In this document: positions 62,355 through 64,000 of the stretch, in pieces
Layout of the letters: each line of letters begins with the position of its first letter
How positions within the stretch are numbered: position 1 is the first letter of the stretch
Source of the DNA: an uncultured Clostridia bacterium
GTDB lineage: Bacteria > Bacillota > Clostridia > Oscillospirales > JAAYOS01
NCBI GenBank assembly: GCA_947593925.1
Contig: CANQDU010000006.1
Location: 41,938 to 105,937 of the forward strand
Direction of reading: 5' to 3'
Length of the DNA stretch: 64,000 bases
Program-made: the position numbers and the translations under genes
Notes under the pieces: model-generated
What the model was told of the DNA's origin: nothing
Databases searched by the model: none
What the model saw: the letters and a program-made list of their open reading frames with translations, nothing else

Positions 62355-63701
62355 TCAAACGTTAAGTTCTTCCAGCGCCCGCACGACGTGCTCGCAGGCG
62401 CGCTCGACCGTATCCTCGTCGAAGCCCTCGGTCATCACGCGGACGAGCGGCTCGGTGCCGCTCGGACGGACGAGTATCCGCCCTCCGTCGAGCATGGCTT
62501 CCGCCTCGTCTATCGCGCGCTTTATCTGCGGAAGTTCGGCGAGGGTGTGCTTTATCTCGTTCGGGACGCGGACGTTTTTCAGCAGCTGCGGGAAGTGAGC
62601 TATCTCCGCGTCGAGCTCGCTCGCCTTTCCGCCGCTCGCGGAGAGGAGGCCGAGGTACTTTATCGCGGTGAGCTGTCCGTCGCCCGTGGTCGCGTCGTCG
62701 AGGAATATCAGGTGGCCGGACTGCTCGCCGCCGAGGTTGTAGCCGCCCTTCTTCATCTCCTCGAGGACGTAGCGGTCGCCGACCGGCGCCGTTATGACGG
62801 TGAGGCCGTTCGTCTTGGCGTAGCGGTGGAAGCCGAGGTTGCTCATCACCGTCGCGACGATGGTGTCCTTCTTCAGTGTGCCGCGCCGCTTCATCTCGCG
62901 GCCGACTATCGCCATTATGTGATCGCCGTCCACCGTGTCGCCCTTCTCGGTGACGACGAGGCAGCGGTCGGCGTCGCCGTCAAACGCGACGCCGACGTCG
63001 TACCCGCCCGCGACTACGAGCCTTTGCAGCCGTTCGAGGTGGGTGGAGCCGCAGTCCTGGTTGATGTTGACGCCGTTCGGCTTGTCGGCGATGATGTCTA
63101 CTTCTGCGCGGAAGCCGTCGAACAGCTCGTGCGAGGTCACGGACGCCGCGCCGTTCGCGCAGTCAACGAGCACGCGGAGCCCCGCGAGGTCGTTCTGCGC
63201 GCACCGGCGGAGGTGCCGAACGTACAGGTGCAAAGCGTTTGCGTCGGAGCGCACGCAGCCGATGGTGTTGCCGGTGCGCGGCGCGAAGCCGCTTTTCATG
63301 TGCGCCTCTATCATATCCTCGACCTCGTCGGGAAGCTTGCAGCCGTCCGAGCCGAATATCTTTATCCCGTTGTCGCCGAACGGATTGTGCGAGGCGGAGA
63401 TCATCACGCCCGCGTCCGCGCCGAGCTCTCCGATAAGATACGCGACAGCCGGGGTGGGTATCGTGCCGAGCAGGAGGACGTCCGCGCCGGCGGAGCATAT
63501 CCCCGCCGCGAGCGCGTTTTCGAGCATGTCGCTCGAGATGCGCGTGTCCTTGCCGATGATGACGAGCGGCTTCTTCGCGCCGCCCGACGTCGTCTCGGTT
63601 AGGACTTCCGCCGCCGCCGCTCCGAGGTCGAGCGCGAGCCGAGCCGTCAGCTCCTTACCGGCGGAGCCGCGAACGCCGTCCGTGCCGAAAAGTCGTGCCA
63701 T
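62355..63701 (-). CDS. glmM: Phosphoglucosamine mutase
   Basis: 448 aa. It has the N-terminal MARLFGTDGVRG, the phosphoserine loop SASHNPFGDNGIK, DGDADR and GGEQSGH. Confidence 0.92.
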   Translation of the reverse strand: MARLFGTDGVRGSAGKELTARLALDLGAAAAEVLTETTSGGAKKPLVIIGKDTRISSDMLENALAAGICSAGADVLLLGTIPTPAVAYLIGELGADAGVMISASHNPFGDNGIKIFGSDGCKLPDEVEDMIEAHMKSGFAPRTGNTIGCVRSDANALHLYVRHLRRCAQNDLAGLRVLVDCANGAASVTSHELFDGFRAEVDIIADKPNGVNINQDCGSTHLERLQRLVVAGGYDVGVAFDGDADRCLVVTEKGDTVDGDHIMAIVGREMKRRGTLKKDTIVATVMSNLGFHRYAKTNGLTVITAPVGDRYVLEEMKKGGYNLGGEQSGHLIFLDDATTGDGQLTAIKYLGLLSASGGKASELDAEIAHFPQLLKNVRVPNEIKHTLAELPQIKRAIDEAEAMLDGGRILVRPSGTEPLVRVMTEGFDEDTVERACEHVVRALEELNV

Positions 63702-63749
63702 AAGTAAAACTCCCTTTCAAACTCGGAAAATTCTTCGCTTTTTCCGAGG

Positions 63750-64000
63750 TCATATGTTGTCTAAAGATTGCTGGGCGTAACCGTTGTCGCCGGGGTAGGG
63801 CAGGCCGAGGTGGTCGTAGGCGGACTTTGTCGCCATACGGCCGCGCGGCGTGCGGTTGATGAAGCCGAGCTGGAGCAGATACGGCTCGTAGACGTCCTCG
63901 AGGGTGACCGCCTCCTCGCCAATCGTCGCCGCGAGGGTGTCAAGGCCGACCGGTCCTCCGCCGAAGTGGAAGATGATGCTCTCGAGCATCCGCCTGTCGG
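63750..64000 (-). CDS. ruvB: Holliday junction helicase RuvB, C-terminal part (N-terminus beyond window)
   Basis: The reading frame stays open to the window edge. [49 protein letters not shown] is the RuvB winged-helix C-terminus. Confidence 0.85.
   Translation of the reverse strand, partial: DRRMLESIIFHFGGGPVGLDTLAATIGEEAVTLEDVYEPYLLQLGFINRTPRGRMATKSAYDHLGLPYPGDNGYAQQSLDNI

Noticed and set aside
1-64000. tRNA, rRNA, prophage, IS or integrase content
   Set aside because: I scanned the intergenic regions and all long ORFs. I saw no cloverleaf-like tRNA sequence, rRNA, transposase, integrase or phage structural gene. A tRNAscan/Infernal run would be needed to confirm the absence of RNA genes.

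Overview
High-GC chromosomal window, judged by eye and not computed. Gene content looks Clostridia-like: SLH-anchored surface proteins, plsY, bile-salt hydrolase and rhamnose catabolism. I support about 40 protein-coding genes and found no rRNA, tRNA, CRISPR array, transposase or integrase.

Gene order:
- (1) Tandemly duplicated lipoprotein plus FtsX/MacB-type permease modules (1-5677, minus strand).
- (2) A sigma/anti-sigma-like pair, a SAM methyltransferase and a hypothetical gene.
- (3) A low-GC two-gene cassette: an EcoRI-methylase-like N6-adenine DNA methyltransferase translationally coupled to a DUF262(ParB-like)+HNH nuclease (9698-11930).
- (4) An 874-aa TetM/EF-G-like translational GTPase fused to a C-terminal YacP/Rae1-type NYN RNase domain (12022-14646).
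- (5) A GH4 glycosidase, a glycolipid glycosyltransferase, plsY, a two-component system, a CHAP-like protein and a choloylglycine hydrolase.
- (6) A 10-kb Ser/Thr phospho-signalling island (23752-33943): two zinc-ribbon Hanks kinases, two PP2C phosphatases, two FHA proteins (one fused to a membrane-anchored trypsin-like protease) and one unknown protein.
- (7) rhaB-rhaA-fucO, separated from rhaD by a 21-kb block. The block encodes three large SLH surface proteins (699, 1762 and 3322 aa), a MerR/GyrI-like regulator with a textbook MerR-type divergent promoter, a nucleotidyltransferase and a threonine-aldolase-like enzyme.
- (8) A second sigma/anti-sigma-like pair, glmM and the 3' end of ruvB.

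Most unusual non-genic signal: three copies of a roughly 0.85-kb composite repeat (16048-16896, 22924-23747, 34101-34995). Each has a conserved non-coding core of about 300 bp between mirror-image arms made of ordered short GC hairpins. Two copies in direct orientation exactly bracket the kinase/phosphatase/FHA island. A second notable signal is an inverted-repeat-flanked 120-bp AT-rich segment carrying a consensus extended -10 promoter. It currently points away from the first SLH gene, so it is a candidate invertible phase-variation switch. All functional calls come from motif recognition in the supplied translations; no database search was possible.
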